36,334 nt of DNA from a virus (lineage: Duplodnaviria; Caudoviricetes). The stretch spans positions 1 through 36,334 of the IMG/VR virus record IMGVR_UViG_3300017774_001282. One strand, written 5' to 3'. A program made the position numbers and the translations under genes. How positions within the stretch are numbered: position 1 is the stretch's first letter; each line of letters starts with the position of its first letter. The notes beneath the pieces are model-generated. The model did no database searches, was not told the DNA's origin, and worked only from the letters and a program-made list of their open reading frames with translations. This document shows positions 24,128-33,856 of the stretch, piece after piece.

Positions 24128-24610
24128 ATGAATAAGAAGCACGAGGAGTACCTAAACAATCCGTACAAGATCAACGGAATTGCGGAGAGGATGTACACAA
24201 CAAAGACGGACGAGACGTTGACCATAGACCCGGAGACTGGGCAGTACTACACGATGAAGAAGGTCAGCCAGAACAAGAGGGTGCTGCACGACGGCATGGT
24301 CTACGCCAAGCTGTTTCAGGACAGTGTTATGTGCCTAATGGACCTGTCACACCCCTCCCTTAGGATCATACTGTACGCCATGAGCGTTGTACGGCCACTC
24401 AGCGAGTCCGTGATGTTGCACGCACCTGACGTGTGTGTAGCGTGTGGGATGGCTGAGAAGACGTTCTACAACAACGTGATGGAGCTGTTGGACAAGAGGA
24501 TACTGTCAAGGAAGCTTGGGTCCTCTATAGAGTTCTGGTTTGATCCAAACCTATTCTTCAACGGGAACAGGGTGAAGGTGTCCGACCAGAGGATGTCAAG
24601 TTTAAAGTAA
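24128..24610 (+). CDS. RepL-like winged-helix protein
   Basis: IDPETG, YAKLF...L..LS..SLRI..Y, wHTH region and C-terminal F.FDPNLFFNGNR as in RepL-type proteins; TACATTTG box at 24117-24124. Confidence 0.7.
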   Translation: MNKKHEEYLNNPYKINGIAERMYTTKTDETLTIDPETGQYYTMKKVSQNKRVLHDGMVYAKLFQDSVMCLMDLSHPSLRIILYAMSVVRPLSESVMLHAPDVCVACGMAEKTFYNNVMELLDKRILSRKLGSSIEFWFDPNLFFNGNRVKVSDQRMSSLK

Positions 24611-24619
24611 CTTTGCGTC

Positions 24620-25234
24620 ATGAAGTTTGACATACCCCCAGAGTTCAGGCAGTTTGTTGCACACGTGAAGAGGAGGTGCACAGTCAACAGGATAGAGTTA
24701 GTCATGTCACCCTCCAGGAACGTGGTGCTGACGGACAGCTTCTCCACGGACTGTTCGGGATACTTCGATGACGTGAACAGGACTCTTGTGGTGGCCTGCG
24801 GAAAGCCGTTCAAGGACTGGATAGAGATCATGGTACACGAGTACTCACACATGGAGCAGTGGCTGACGGACGACAGGTGGGGACACTGGACTGAGTGTTG
24901 CCTACACCTGTGGGACTGGCTTGACGGGGACGGGGAGTTGGACGAGGTACAAATACGGAAAGTGATCGACGGGATGATAGAGCTTGAGAGGGACTGCGAG
25001 GTGAGGGCGCTGGAGAACATAAGGAGGTGGGGTCTGCCCATAAACAAGTCAAGGTACGGCAGGAAGGCTAACCTGTACCTGTACAGCTACCGGGCCATAC
25101 CGATCATAAAGAAGTTCCCCACGGGTCTGTACGACAACAACGAGTTGATAGGAATGTGCCCCAGCAGGATAGGCAAGAGGTATGAAACAGTCCCAAAGCC
25201 AGTGATGGACATGCTTATAAAAACTTACGGATAA
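24620..25234 (+). CDS. HEXXH zinc metallopeptidase-like protein
   Basis: GYFD...IMVHEYSHMEQW...ELERDCE motif. Confidence 0.75.
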   Translation: MKFDIPPEFRQFVAHVKRRCTVNRIELVMSPSRNVVLTDSFSTDCSGYFDDVNRTLVVACGKPFKDWIEIMVHEYSHMEQWLTDDRWGHWTECCLHLWDWLDGDGELDEVQIRKVIDGMIELERDCEVRALENIRRWGLPINKSRYGRKANLYLYSYRAIPIIKKFPTGLYDNNELIGMCPSRIGKRYETVPKPVMDMLIKTYG

Positions 25235-25265
25235 GTTTCTTATTTTTGTTATAAATAACATAAAA

Positions 25266-25397
25266 ATGAAAAATTCAATGACAGGGTACGGAGCAAAGGC
25301 AGCAACTAAGGTAGCGCCAAAGAGTGCAAAGAAGGTAACCAAGGCGGCAGCCAAGGAGAAGTTCATGAAGATGATCAACGCCAAGAAGAAGAAATGA
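25266..25397 (+). CDS. Small Lys/Ala-rich protein (43 aa, not in ORF track)
   Basis: MKNSMTGYGAKAATKVAPKSAKKVTKAAAKEKFMKMINAKKKK; TATTTTTG box at 25241-25248. Confidence 0.6.
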   Translation: MKNSMTGYGAKAATKVAPKSAKKVTKAAAKEKFMKMINAKKKK

Positions 25398-25567
25398 AGA
25401 ACGTCAACCACTACCTGAAGGATGGAACTAAATGGAGCGGAACCATGCACAAGGCTGGTGGGAAGCCTATGACTGGCAAGACACATACCGCCACGAGTAA
25501 ACCACTATTCCACTCAAAGGAGTTAGGCGTCCAGGCAAAAAAGAAGTCAATGTCTAAAGGCAAATAG
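25394..25567 (+). CDS. Small basic protein (HY.KDGT...G..HK...TGKTHT..SK.LFH family; 57 aa, not in ORF track)
   Basis: ATGA overlap with the upstream ORF; recognisable phage motif. Confidence 0.65.
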   Translation: MKNVNHYLKDGTKWSGTMHKAGGKPMTGKTHTATSKPLFHSKELGVQAKKKSMSKGK

Positions 25568-25569
25568 AT

Positions 25570-25686
25570 ATGGCTAAGGGATCGTCGGATAAGGTAAGGG
25601 TAAAGTTCGGTAAGCGGAAGAAGGGCTCCGCACAGAAGTCGTTCAATAAACATGATCGTAAAGATCGTAAATATAGAAGTAAATGA
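25570..25686 (+). CDS. Small Lys/Arg-rich protein (38 aa, not in ORF track)
   Basis: MAKGSSDKVRVKFGKRKKGSAQKSFNKHDRKDRKYRSK; ATGA overlap with the next gene. Confidence 0.55.
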   Translation: MAKGSSDKVRVKFGKRKKGSAQKSFNKHDRKDRKYRSK

Positions 25687-26126
25687 AACTAGATCTTAAA
25701 AGGATGGCAGGAGCCATCGCATCAAGTGCAGAGAACGGACCCGGAGACCCAATCGAGGAGCTCAACAAGAAGCTTGCAGCCCAAAACCTGTACTACGACA
25801 AGGCGTCAAAGACTGTAAAGAGGTTGCCAGACGCCAGCATGAACCGTAAGAACATGGAGAACAAGGTTGCAGACGCGATGTATCAGACAAACATGAAGCA
25901 GTCGCTTAACATGAGTCCTGATCAAATGAGAGACCTACCTGGGTTTGAGAAGTCTTACGACAGGATGATGCAACAGGTTCCTGAGTCCGGAGACGAGCTC
26001 AAGGAAATGCTGATAAAGCAGGGCATCATGGCAATGAACCCAAAGACTGGAGACGTTTCCATTACGCAGAAGGGTAAGGACATGAACAAGAAGGGACTAC
26101 TCAGTAAATATAAAATGGAGTTCTAA
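25683..26126 (+). CDS. Hypothetical protein
   Basis: 147-aa Met-rich ORF. Confidence 0.65.
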   Translation: MKLDLKRMAGAIASSAENGPGDPIEELNKKLAAQNLYYDKASKTVKRLPDASMNRKNMENKVADAMYQTNMKQSLNMSPDQMRDLPGFEKSYDRMMQQVPESGDELKEMLIKQGIMAMNPKTGDVSITQKGKDMNKKGLLSKYKMEF

Positions 26127-26127
26127 G

Positions 26128-26514
26128 ATGAGTTCCGCAATAAAAAGAAACCCAGAATTATGGAAAAGAATAGTTGCACGTGTCAAGGCTGGCTCGAAAG
26201 GCGGAGATGCCAGCGAGTGGTCTGCAAGAAAGGCACAATTAGCGGTAGCCTTATACAAAAAATCTGGTGGTGGATATCAAGGAAAGAAGTCAAGCTCAAA
26301 CTCGTTGTCGAAATGGACGAAACAGAAGTGGACGACTTCTTCGGGGAAGCCATCGGGTGGGACTCGTCGGTATTTACCGGAGAAGGCGTGGGCAGCACTA
26401 AGCCCAAGCCAAAGAAGGGCAACAAACCAAGCAAAGGCGGAGGGAAACAAGAAGGGCCAACAGTTCGTAAGGCAGCCAAAAAAGATATCGGAAAAAGTAA
26501 AAGAGTTTAGGTAA
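26128..26514 (+). CDS. DUF5872-like basic protein
   Basis: WSARKAQL...YK..GGGY...KWTKQKW..RYLP..AW..LS motif. Confidence 0.75.
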   Translation: MSSAIKRNPELWKRIVARVKAGSKGGDASEWSARKAQLAVALYKKSGGGYQGKKSSSNSLSKWTKQKWTTSSGKPSGGTRRYLPEKAWAALSPSQRRATNQAKAEGNKKGQQFVRQPKKISEKVKEFR

Positions 26515-26819
26515 TGGTAGAGTACAGGGGAGAAAAGTTTAGTGGGTACAACAAGCCAAAGGACGCCTCTGATGGGGTGCACAAGAAAGTTGTGCTTGCC
26601 AAGCAAGGCGACAAGGTACGCATGATTCGATTCGGTGCGAAGGGCTACTCGTCTAACTACTCCCCTGAGGCGCGTGCACAGTACAAGAAGAGGCACGCCA
26701 AGGAGGCTAACTCCTCAAAGCTTTCCGCAGGGTGGTGGTCATACCACTTCCTTTGGGGCAAGGGATCACAGGTATACCGTTCCGGTAAAAATTCTGGCAA
26801 GGGAGAAAGATTTGCGTAA
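26514..26819 (+). CDS. Basic phage protein (IRFG..GY...KRH...SAGWWS family)
   Basis: GEKFSGYNKPK...HKK.VLAK.GD.V..IRFG motif common near phage packaging genes. Confidence 0.7.
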   Translation: MVEYRGEKFSGYNKPKDASDGVHKKVVLAKQGDKVRMIRFGAKGYSSNYSPEARAQYKKRHAKEANSSKLSAGWWSYHFLWGKGSQVYRSGKNSGKGERFA

Positions 26820-26840
26820 CTTTGCTGCAAATCAAACCAA

Positions 26841-27437
26841 ATGCAAAACCTGTACAACACGATTAGACCTGTTGGCAATAGAGCAATAGTTGCCATAAAG
26901 AAGGGCTCAAAAAACTCACACATCGTAACCAAAGACGACGGAGCTGAGGTAGAACTTTATATAGACACAAGCTACTCATGGGACGGGAAGGTGTCTGGCA
27001 ATACACAGGCCGTTCTACTCACAGACTACAAAAACTTAAAAGCAGGAACAGATGTACTCATACACCACAACGCTATTGACGAGTCCAACCAGCTGGACAT
27101 CTACATCGACACTACAACATTCATCCACGCTATCGAGAGCTCATTCATATACTTTGGCGTCGATGACGATGGCCTAGTTTGCATAGACGGCTACATGATC
27201 GTCGAGCGTGTGTACGACGAGGACATGGTGTCGCCCGGCGGTATCATACTCACAGAAAAGAAGAAGCACGACTCCTTGATGAAGATCGTGGCAAAGCCTG
27301 ACTCTATAGAAGACTTTGAGGTTGGGGACATCGCCGTGGTTTACAAGAAGTCTGACTACGAGATGACCCACAACGTGGGGGGAAAGATGACCAAGGTGAT
27401 ACGATTAAAATATTCAGATTGTCTGGGAAAAGCATGA
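26841..27437 (+). CDS. Co-chaperonin GroES-like protein (two GroES-like halves)
   Basis: IRPVGNRAIV N-terminus; second half YMIVERV...SPGGIIL...VGD.AV. Confidence 0.75.
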   Translation: MQNLYNTIRPVGNRAIVAIKKGSKNSHIVTKDDGAEVELYIDTSYSWDGKVSGNTQAVLLTDYKNLKAGTDVLIHHNAIDESNQLDIYIDTTTFIHAIESSFIYFGVDDDGLVCIDGYMIVERVYDEDMVSPGGIILTEKKKHDSLMKIVAKPDSIEDFEVGDIAVVYKKSDYEMTHNVGGKMTKVIRLKYSDCLGKA

Positions 27438-27727
27438 AACTAGAAGAAAGAATAAAGCTGTACGAGTCTGACGGTATCGTTGGGGCATACTACGCACTGA
27501 ACAGGAAGCTTAACGAGATAACCGGTTTGCTAAACAACAACGACCTCACACGTCTAGACCTGTCAGACAGGAATGATGGCTCATGGGAGAGGGTAATAAA
27601 GTTGTTTAATAGCGTTGGTGAGATCAACGACGTGATGAAGAAGCTTCGCATGGACAACCTACTTTCCGGTGACGAGGAGAAGGACAAGGCGAGGAGGAAG
27701 CCGTTAATTGAAGAACTGGTACGATGA
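27434..27727 (+). CDS. Hypothetical helical protein (candidate terminase small subunit)
   Basis: ATGA overlap with the GroES-like gene; position upstream of TerL. Confidence 0.5.
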   Translation: MKLEERIKLYESDGIVGAYYALNRKLNEITGLLNNNDLTRLDLSDRNDGSWERVIKLFNSVGEINDVMKKLRMDNLLSGDEEKDKARRKPLIEELVR

Positions 27728-28350
27728 CATACATGACCAAGAACACTCCTGTAGAAGATCTATTGAAGGAGATAGCAAGGCTTCGTAACCAGATCGACCA
27801 GCTAAAGCACCACTCAAAGAAACAGACTGAGAAGAAGTCTCAGATACGTGCGGACTGGAGGTCTAGGTACAACAAGCTGAAGTATAAATTGTTCAAGAAA
27901 GATCAGCTGGTTTACGGGAAGAACCTTCACATCCAGAGGATAAAGGCGAAGGCCATGAGGTCTTCCAAGGTGTGGAGGAAGGAGGGGTACAACAAGGCAA
28001 TGAAACGGATCGTGGTGAACCACTACAAGGTGAAGCACCTGGCCTCATTCCTGTTCAAGACCAGTACGGTGATGGAGATATACAAGCTTGACATGAGGGA
28101 GTACTCTTTCATACTTTGGGCAGGCAGGTACGACTTCTTTGACAGGAAAGATTTCGATAACACGGTTGGAGACCTTGACGTGTCGTTCTATAGGATGGTA
28201 AATAAATTAATGAAGCGTGGCTTGGTAGACTTTGTTTCAAAGAAGACGGGAGAGGCTAGGAAGATATTCTCACTGACAGGGACAGGAGTTGACCTATACA
28301 ACAGGGTGGCCAAGTTCACAAACAAGTCGCTCAGGTCTGATACGGAATAA
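27724..28350 (+). CDS. Coiled-coil plus MarR-like winged-helix DNA-binding protein
   Basis: YRMVNKLMKRGLV...ARKIFSLTGTG wHTH motif. Confidence 0.65.
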   Translation: MTYMTKNTPVEDLLKEIARLRNQIDQLKHHSKKQTEKKSQIRADWRSRYNKLKYKLFKKDQLVYGKNLHIQRIKAKAMRSSKVWRKEGYNKAMKRIVVNHYKVKHLASFLFKTSTVMEIYKLDMREYSFILWAGRYDFFDRKDFDNTVGDLDVSFYRMVNKLMKRGLVDFVSKKTGEARKIFSLTGTGVDLYNRVAKFTNKSLRSDTE

Positions 28351-28359
28351 CATATAAAT

Positions 28360-30381
28360 ATGGTACAGGAACATCAAGTATACGGGATAACATACAAGAC
28401 TCCAGAGATTCCTGCAAAGTCTAAGATACACTCCGTAAAGGGTGGAGTCCAAAAGTTTAGGCGTATAGAGATGCCTGAGATGTTCAACGACCTTGAGTTT
28501 GACGACGACGGGTCTCCTGTGTACAGCGACGAGCAGGTTCAGTTTATAACAAAAGAGTTTGAGAGGATATACGACGGGTACTGGTTCATGAACGGCGAAG
28601 ACCCAAAGCCTACATACATAACAGGGCTGCACTACTTCTACCTAAGCTACTGGACACTAGAGGATGGAAACTTCCCAGACTATAGGGACGTGGACAGGAA
28701 GTACTTCTATTACCAGGAGCACTGCGAAAGGTTACCACAGTGTTTCGGAATCATAAGAATAAAGAAGCGTCGTGAGGGTGCAACGTCACAAGCGACCGCG
28801 TATCTGGTGTGGAAGTCTATAACACAGAAGAAGTCATTCTGCGGAATTATATCGAAGACCGGGAAGGATGCGTCAGACGCATTCGTCTACATGGTTATGA
28901 ATGGATACAGAAACCTACCCGTGTTCTTTAAGCCTAGGGCAGAGGACGACGAGACAAAGACTGAGCTTGTGTTCAAGAAGAAGAAGGACAAGCGTAAGTC
29001 TAAGGTAAGGGAGAAGGGACAGATATTTGACGACGACATTGGACTTGAGTCTAAGATAAACTTCAAGAATACTGCTCTGAACTCATACGACTCCGGTAGG
29101 ACTACGGCACTACTAATGGACGAGGCTGGTAAGTGGCCAAAGGATGTACCAGTTAACCAGTACTGGCCTATTGTAAAGAAGACCATGATGCGTGGTGCGA
29201 TAAAGGTTGGATTCTGCCTAATACCATCAACGGCCAACGACGCGAAGAGTGGTGGCGAGCCTTACAAGGCACTGTTTGACGGGAGCATGCACATGGAGGA
29301 TCCGTACACTGCAACTGGCTTGTATGGGTACTTCTGCCCTGCGTATGATGGGTACGAGGGATTTATAGACGAGTACGGCATATCTATCATAGACAAGCCA
29401 ACAGAATCGCAAAGGAAGTACATCAAGGACAGGTATGGCATGGTCATAGAGTCCGGAGCAAAGGACTACCTCATCTCTCAGAGGAAGATAATAAAGGATA
29501 AGAAGGCACTGTCTGAGGAGATTAGGATGAACCCATTTGACGAGAATGAGGCCTTTATGATCGACCAGAAGAAGTGTTACTTTAACGCAGAGAAGATATA
29601 CAACCAGATAGACTTCCTAAAGGAGGGAAAGACAATGCTAAGGAGGGTTAGACTGTTCTGGAAGACAGAGAGGACTGTAGACTGGGCAGACGACGCAGAC
29701 GGTCCTTGGCTGGTGTACAAGCTACCAACAAAAGAAGAGCAGAATAAGTTCAGAGAGGTTGACGGGAATAAGAACCCAGGCAATGACCACAAGTTTGTGT
29801 CTGGCATTGACCCGTTCAAGTCCTCTGTCATATCCGGCAAGGGATCAATGGGAGTTTGTTATGTGTTTGAGAGGCTAGACCCTTCAGACCCAAGTAACAC
29901 GTGCCTTCCAATAGCAGAGTACGTAGACAGGCCAAGGCTTAAGTCAATGTTCCACGACGAGATGTTGAAGGCTGCTGTGATGTGGGGGTATAAGGCCTGT
30001 TACGAGAATGACGTAGGCGACGACTTTGTTGATTACTTCATGAACAAGGGATTTAAGCAGTACCTGATGAGGACTCCAGAGTCTGCAATAGACAGGAACA
30101 GGAGAAAGACTGTGCAAAAGTATGGGGTTACGTCTGGAGATGCTTTCGCTATGTCTAGGCAGCTTGACACGTGCATATCCTACATAGAAAGCCACTGCGA
30201 AAAGATTGTGTTCCCGGACCTGCTTGATGAATTGCTTCAGTATGACCACGAAAACCGAACCCCTTACGACAGAAGTGTAGCGTTCATGATAAGTCTACTT
30301 TCTGGGATAGGAGTCGAAAGTATCAAGAAAGAGGTGTCACGGGCTGTCATACCACTCAAGACATTCAAGATAAGTATATAG
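28360..30381 (+). CDS. terL: Terminase large subunit
   Basis: KKRREGAT (Walker A-like), LLMDEAGKW (Walker B), STAN and GIDP nuclease motifs; YITGLHYFYL. Confidence 0.93.
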   Translation: MVQEHQVYGITYKTPEIPAKSKIHSVKGGVQKFRRIEMPEMFNDLEFDDDGSPVYSDEQVQFITKEFERIYDGYWFMNGEDPKPTYITGLHYFYLSYWTLEDGNFPDYRDVDRKYFYYQEHCERLPQCFGIIRIKKRREGATSQATAYLVWKSITQKKSFCGIISKTGKDASDAFVYMVMNGYRNLPVFFKPRAEDDETKTELVFKKKKDKRKSKVREKGQIFDDDIGLESKINFKNTALNSYDSGRTTALLMDEAGKWPKDVPVNQYWPIVKKTMMRGAIKVGFCLIPSTANDAKSGGEPYKALFDGSMHMEDPYTATGLYGYFCPAYDGYEGFIDEYGISIIDKPTESQRKYIKDRYGMVIESGAKDYLISQRKIIKDKKALSEEIRMNPFDENEAFMIDQKKCYFNAEKIYNQIDFLKEGKTMLRRVRLFWKTERTVDWADDADGPWLVYKLPTKEEQNKFREVDGNKNPGNDHKFVSGIDPFKSSVISGKGSMGVCYVFERLDPSDPSNTCLPIAEYVDRPRLKSMFHDEMLKAAVMWGYKACYENDVGDDFVDYFMNKGFKQYLMRTPESAIDRNRRKTVQKYGVTSGDAFAMSRQLDTCISYIESHCEKIVFPDLLDELLQYDHENRTPYDRSVAFMISLLSGIGVESIKKEVSRAVIPLKTFKISI

Positions 30382-30411
30382 ATATGAAGTTTTTGTACTT
30401 TTGCTATAATT

Positions 30412-32712
30412 ATGGAAAATAAGAACATACTCAACTTTCATCTTTCTAACTCAAAATTGAAGAAGGAAGATGCTGAAGGCCTTAAGGTATCAAGGTTTAT
30501 AGAGAAGGCGTTCAATAGCGGATACTTCAATAAGAGGAACAAGAAGTTCGAGAAGAACAGGATGTTCTCAAGGGGGCGACAGCCAATGTCTGAATTCCTT
30601 GACCTTATGAACGTAGACGGGAAGGAGGCATTCGTAAACCTAGACATGAAGGCGCCAGCAATTGCGCCTAAGTTTATACAGGTAATCCTTGGCGGTTTCA
30701 TGAAGAGGCAGGAGGTCGCAAAGGCTACAGCCGTTGACCCTGTATCAACAAAGAGAAAAAAGTACGACAAGGACGAGGCTGAGTTTAGGATGGAGTTTGG
30801 CGACCAGGTCCGTCAGATAGAGGAACAGTCTGGCGTTAAGTTAATGGCTGAGGGTAAGTTCACCCCTGAAGACTTTGAAGAGCTTGAACTGTTCTTTGGT
30901 CTAGAGTACCAACTACCTGAGGAGATTCTATTTGAGAAGGGTATCGACTACGTCAACTACGTAAACGGTTGGGAGGTTATTAAAAGAAAGATTCTTGAGG
31001 ACCTGATAGAGACTGGTGTCGCTGCAACAAAAGTATCAACGGCTCCAAACGGTAAGATAAACATGAGGAGGGTAATACCAGAGAACTTGATATACTCATT
31101 CTCTGAGTATGACGACTTTAGGGACGTCTCATTTGTTGGAGAGGTTGTGTCAATGAAGATCATAGATATCCGTAACAACTACCCAAACATTGACGAGGAG
31201 AAACTTTACAAGGTGTCACAGCAGGCGAAGCAGTTCAATAGGAGTGTTAAGTGGGACGAGAGGTACAGGTTTGCTGTTGACAGGCCTTACGACGACTGGA
31301 CAGTTGACGTTATTGACTTCGAGATCAAGAGCATTGACACCATGATTTACCAATCCAAGATCAACAAGTTTGGTAACATGATTGTCGAAAGGAAGGATAA
31401 AGAGCCTCAAAGGCTTGGAGAAAACAAGGAGATAATAAAGAAGGACATGTACGTCATCTATCGTGGCGTTTTTGTGATGGGTACAGAGATCATGCTTGAG
31501 TGGGGCGTTGCAAAGAATATGATCAAGCCGTCCGTTGCGGCGGAAATTGCAGACGTATACTTCAGCTACAGCCTGCACATGTACGAAAACCTTGACCTGA
31601 TAAACATGGCCATCCCCGAAAGGATGGAGACGTCTATCAGGCAGATGACGCTTGCACACCTTAAGATACAGCAACTTGTTGCAAAGCTTAGGCCTTCTGG
31701 TCTTATTATAGACATTGACTCTTTGTCAGACATTAGCCTTGGACAAGGTAAGAATGTCACACCGCTTGAACTTCAGAAGATATACGACCAGACTGGTAAC
31801 ATATATTATAGGAGAAGGACTGAGGATGGCGACAACCAGAATGGGGTTCCCATCATGGAGGCGCCTAACAGTTCTAGTATCGGACAGCTACAGGAACTAA
31901 TTACAGTTTACAACCACTACCTTGAAAGACTCCGGGATGAGATTGGTGTAAACGAGTACAGGGAAGGCGCTACCGTTAATCCAAAGATTGGGTTAGGTGT
32001 ACAGCAGGCTCAGATAGCAGCGTCTAACAATGCGACTGACTTTATCTACGATGCATTTCTGTCTGTCTACCAGCAAACCGCTCTGAAGACTGCAATCCTT
32101 TTGTACGACTCCGTTTTGTATGGTGGTCAGCAGTACAGGGAGTACCTTAACCCGGAAGAGATAAATGGTCGCGTGTTTGATGTAAAGATTAACATACTTC
32201 CAGACGACAGGGAGAGGCAGTTTGTGGAATCAATGATCCAAACATCTCTTTCTGCAGGAATGATTGACTTCGAGGACGCATTCCGTGTTAGGAGTATAAA
32301 AAACACAAAGCTTGCTGAGATGTACCTGGCCAAGGCTAAGAAGAGGAAGGAGAAGCAGGAGATGGAGAAGGCGCAGATGAACTCTCAGATGAATGCTCAG
32401 TCTCAGCAGCAGTCTATACAGGTTAAGGCACAGGCAGACATGCAGTTGGAGCAAATGAGCGGACAAGCTAAGTTGGCGCTTGTTCAAACGGAGCTTAAGA
32501 TGAAGCAAGAGCTTTCTGAGCAGGAGTTTGTACAGCTGGCATTGCTTAAATCTTTCGAGTTGAGTAAGCCCTTGAGTCCAGAAATCCAAGACGTGGTGAT
32601 GTCATTCTTCCAAAAGAAGCAGGCAGAAATGGAGCAGCAGGCTATGGCACAGCAGCAACAAATGGAGCAGCAGGCGATGGAGGAAGAACAAATGGCGGCA
32701 GAACAGCAGTAA
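30412..32712 (+). CDS. Portal protein
   Basis: 766 aa directly after TerL; RGRQP, APKFIQVILG, Gln/Met-rich C-terminal coiled coil. Confidence 0.88.
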   Translation: MENKNILNFHLSNSKLKKEDAEGLKVSRFIEKAFNSGYFNKRNKKFEKNRMFSRGRQPMSEFLDLMNVDGKEAFVNLDMKAPAIAPKFIQVILGGFMKRQEVAKATAVDPVSTKRKKYDKDEAEFRMEFGDQVRQIEEQSGVKLMAEGKFTPEDFEELELFFGLEYQLPEEILFEKGIDYVNYVNGWEVIKRKILEDLIETGVAATKVSTAPNGKINMRRVIPENLIYSFSEYDDFRDVSFVGEVVSMKIIDIRNNYPNIDEEKLYKVSQQAKQFNRSVKWDERYRFAVDRPYDDWTVDVIDFEIKSIDTMIYQSKINKFGNMIVERKDKEPQRLGENKEIIKKDMYVIYRGVFVMGTEIMLEWGVAKNMIKPSVAAEIADVYFSYSLHMYENLDLINMAIPERMETSIRQMTLAHLKIQQLVAKLRPSGLIIDIDSLSDISLGQGKNVTPLELQKIYDQTGNIYYRRRTEDGDNQNGVPIMEAPNSSSIGQLQELITVYNHYLERLRDEIGVNEYREGATVNPKIGLGVQQAQIAASNNATDFIYDAFLSVYQQTALKTAILLYDSVLYGGQQYREYLNPEEINGRVFDVKINILPDDRERQFVESMIQTSLSAGMIDFEDAFRVRSIKNTKLAEMYLAKAKKRKEKQEMEKAQMNSQMNAQSQQQSIQVKAQADMQLEQMSGQAKLALVQTELKMKQELSEQEFVQLALLKSFELSKPLSPEIQDVVMSFFQKKQAEMEQQAMAQQQQMEQQAMEEEQMAAEQQ

Positions 32713-32750
32713 CAACCAGAATAATATTATCTTTGTAAAAACAATCAATC

Positions 32751-33830
32751 ATGTCAGAAACAAACAATCCGTTTGATGTGTCCTCATATGCACAAGTGGG
32801 GCAGGCGCAAGTAGCCTCCGAACCAGTGCAGGAGACGACAATAGAGACGACAACAGTAGCAGAACCAGTTCAGTCAGAACCAGTTCAAACAGTGTCAGAA
32901 CCCGTAAAGGCTGACAGTGTTCAAACATTTGAGCCGACTCCTTTCGAGTGGAAGGATGACTTCTCAAAGAATATTTACGAAAAGCTTGTGAACAAGGACG
33001 TGTCTGAATTGGCAGACATGTTGTACGAGCAAAAAGTTCTTTCTAGTCTTGACTCAATGGACGAGTCTGATATTCTAAAGCTTCAAATGGCTTACGAATA
33101 TCCAGACCTAACCCCGGAAGAGATTGATGAAGAGTTTAACTCGAAGTACAAGGTTGACATGGACATAGACGAGGATATGTTGACTGAGGAAGAGATTGTT
33201 AGCAAGAGAAAGCAATTGGAGAAGCAGCAGAAGTCCGTACAGAGGGAAATGAAGAAGATGGTACGTGAAGCGAAGACTAGTCTCCAAGAAATGAAAAAGG
33301 ACATTGACTTTCCAGATATTCTTAGTCAGATGCAAAAAGCTAGTAACCAGCCGATTTCGGAGGAAGCTATCAGTCAGTATCTGGCAAAGCAACAGGAACA
33401 ACAACAGGGTCAGTACCAAGAGGCTAGGAAGATGTTTGAACAAAGCATCGACACTGGTCTCAAGGCTTTCGATGGTTTTTCTGTCAATTACAAGGACGAG
33501 GATGTCCAGTTTGACGGGAAGTATAACCTAACACAGGAAGATAAGACTGCCCTACAGGGAGTGCTGCAAGGCTTCGACCTGGAGACGTTCTATGGTAATC
33601 GCTACTTCAAGGACGGAAGTTACGATACTAAGCAATTGGCGGAAGATGTTTACTTCTTACAGAACAGGGACAAGATCGTGAACTCGATGGTGACACAGGC
33701 TGTGTCTAAGGCGAAGTCAGATATCCTGAAGGGTATGAAGAACATCGACTACAGCAACCAACCAAGGCCTTCTACATCAGCGAATAGCAGTGACTACGAC
33801 CAGATGGTGAGTGCAATGTTTAAGCTCTAA
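32751..33830 (+). CDS. Capsid scaffolding protein (putative)
   Basis: Acidic coiled-coil protein between portal and MCP; EPVQ repeats. Confidence 0.7.
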   Translation: MSETNNPFDVSSYAQVGQAQVASEPVQETTIETTTVAEPVQSEPVQTVSEPVKADSVQTFEPTPFEWKDDFSKNIYEKLVNKDVSELADMLYEQKVLSSLDSMDESDILKLQMAYEYPDLTPEEIDEEFNSKYKVDMDIDEDMLTEEEIVSKRKQLEKQQKSVQREMKKMVREAKTSLQEMKKDIDFPDILSQMQKASNQPISEEAISQYLAKQQEQQQGQYQEARKMFEQSIDTGLKAFDGFSVNYKDEDVQFDGKYNLTQEDKTALQGVLQGFDLETFYGNRYFKDGSYDTKQLAEDVYFLQNRDKIVNSMVTQAVSKAKSDILKGMKNIDYSNQPRPSTSANSSDYDQMVSAMFKL

Positions 33831-33856
33831 TTTTTAAAAAACTAAAATAAATAACT

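Noticed and set aside
32821-32905. GAACCAGT(T/G)CA repeats
   Set aside because: They encode EPVQ low-complexity repeats in the scaffold N-terminus; not CRISPR or regulatory
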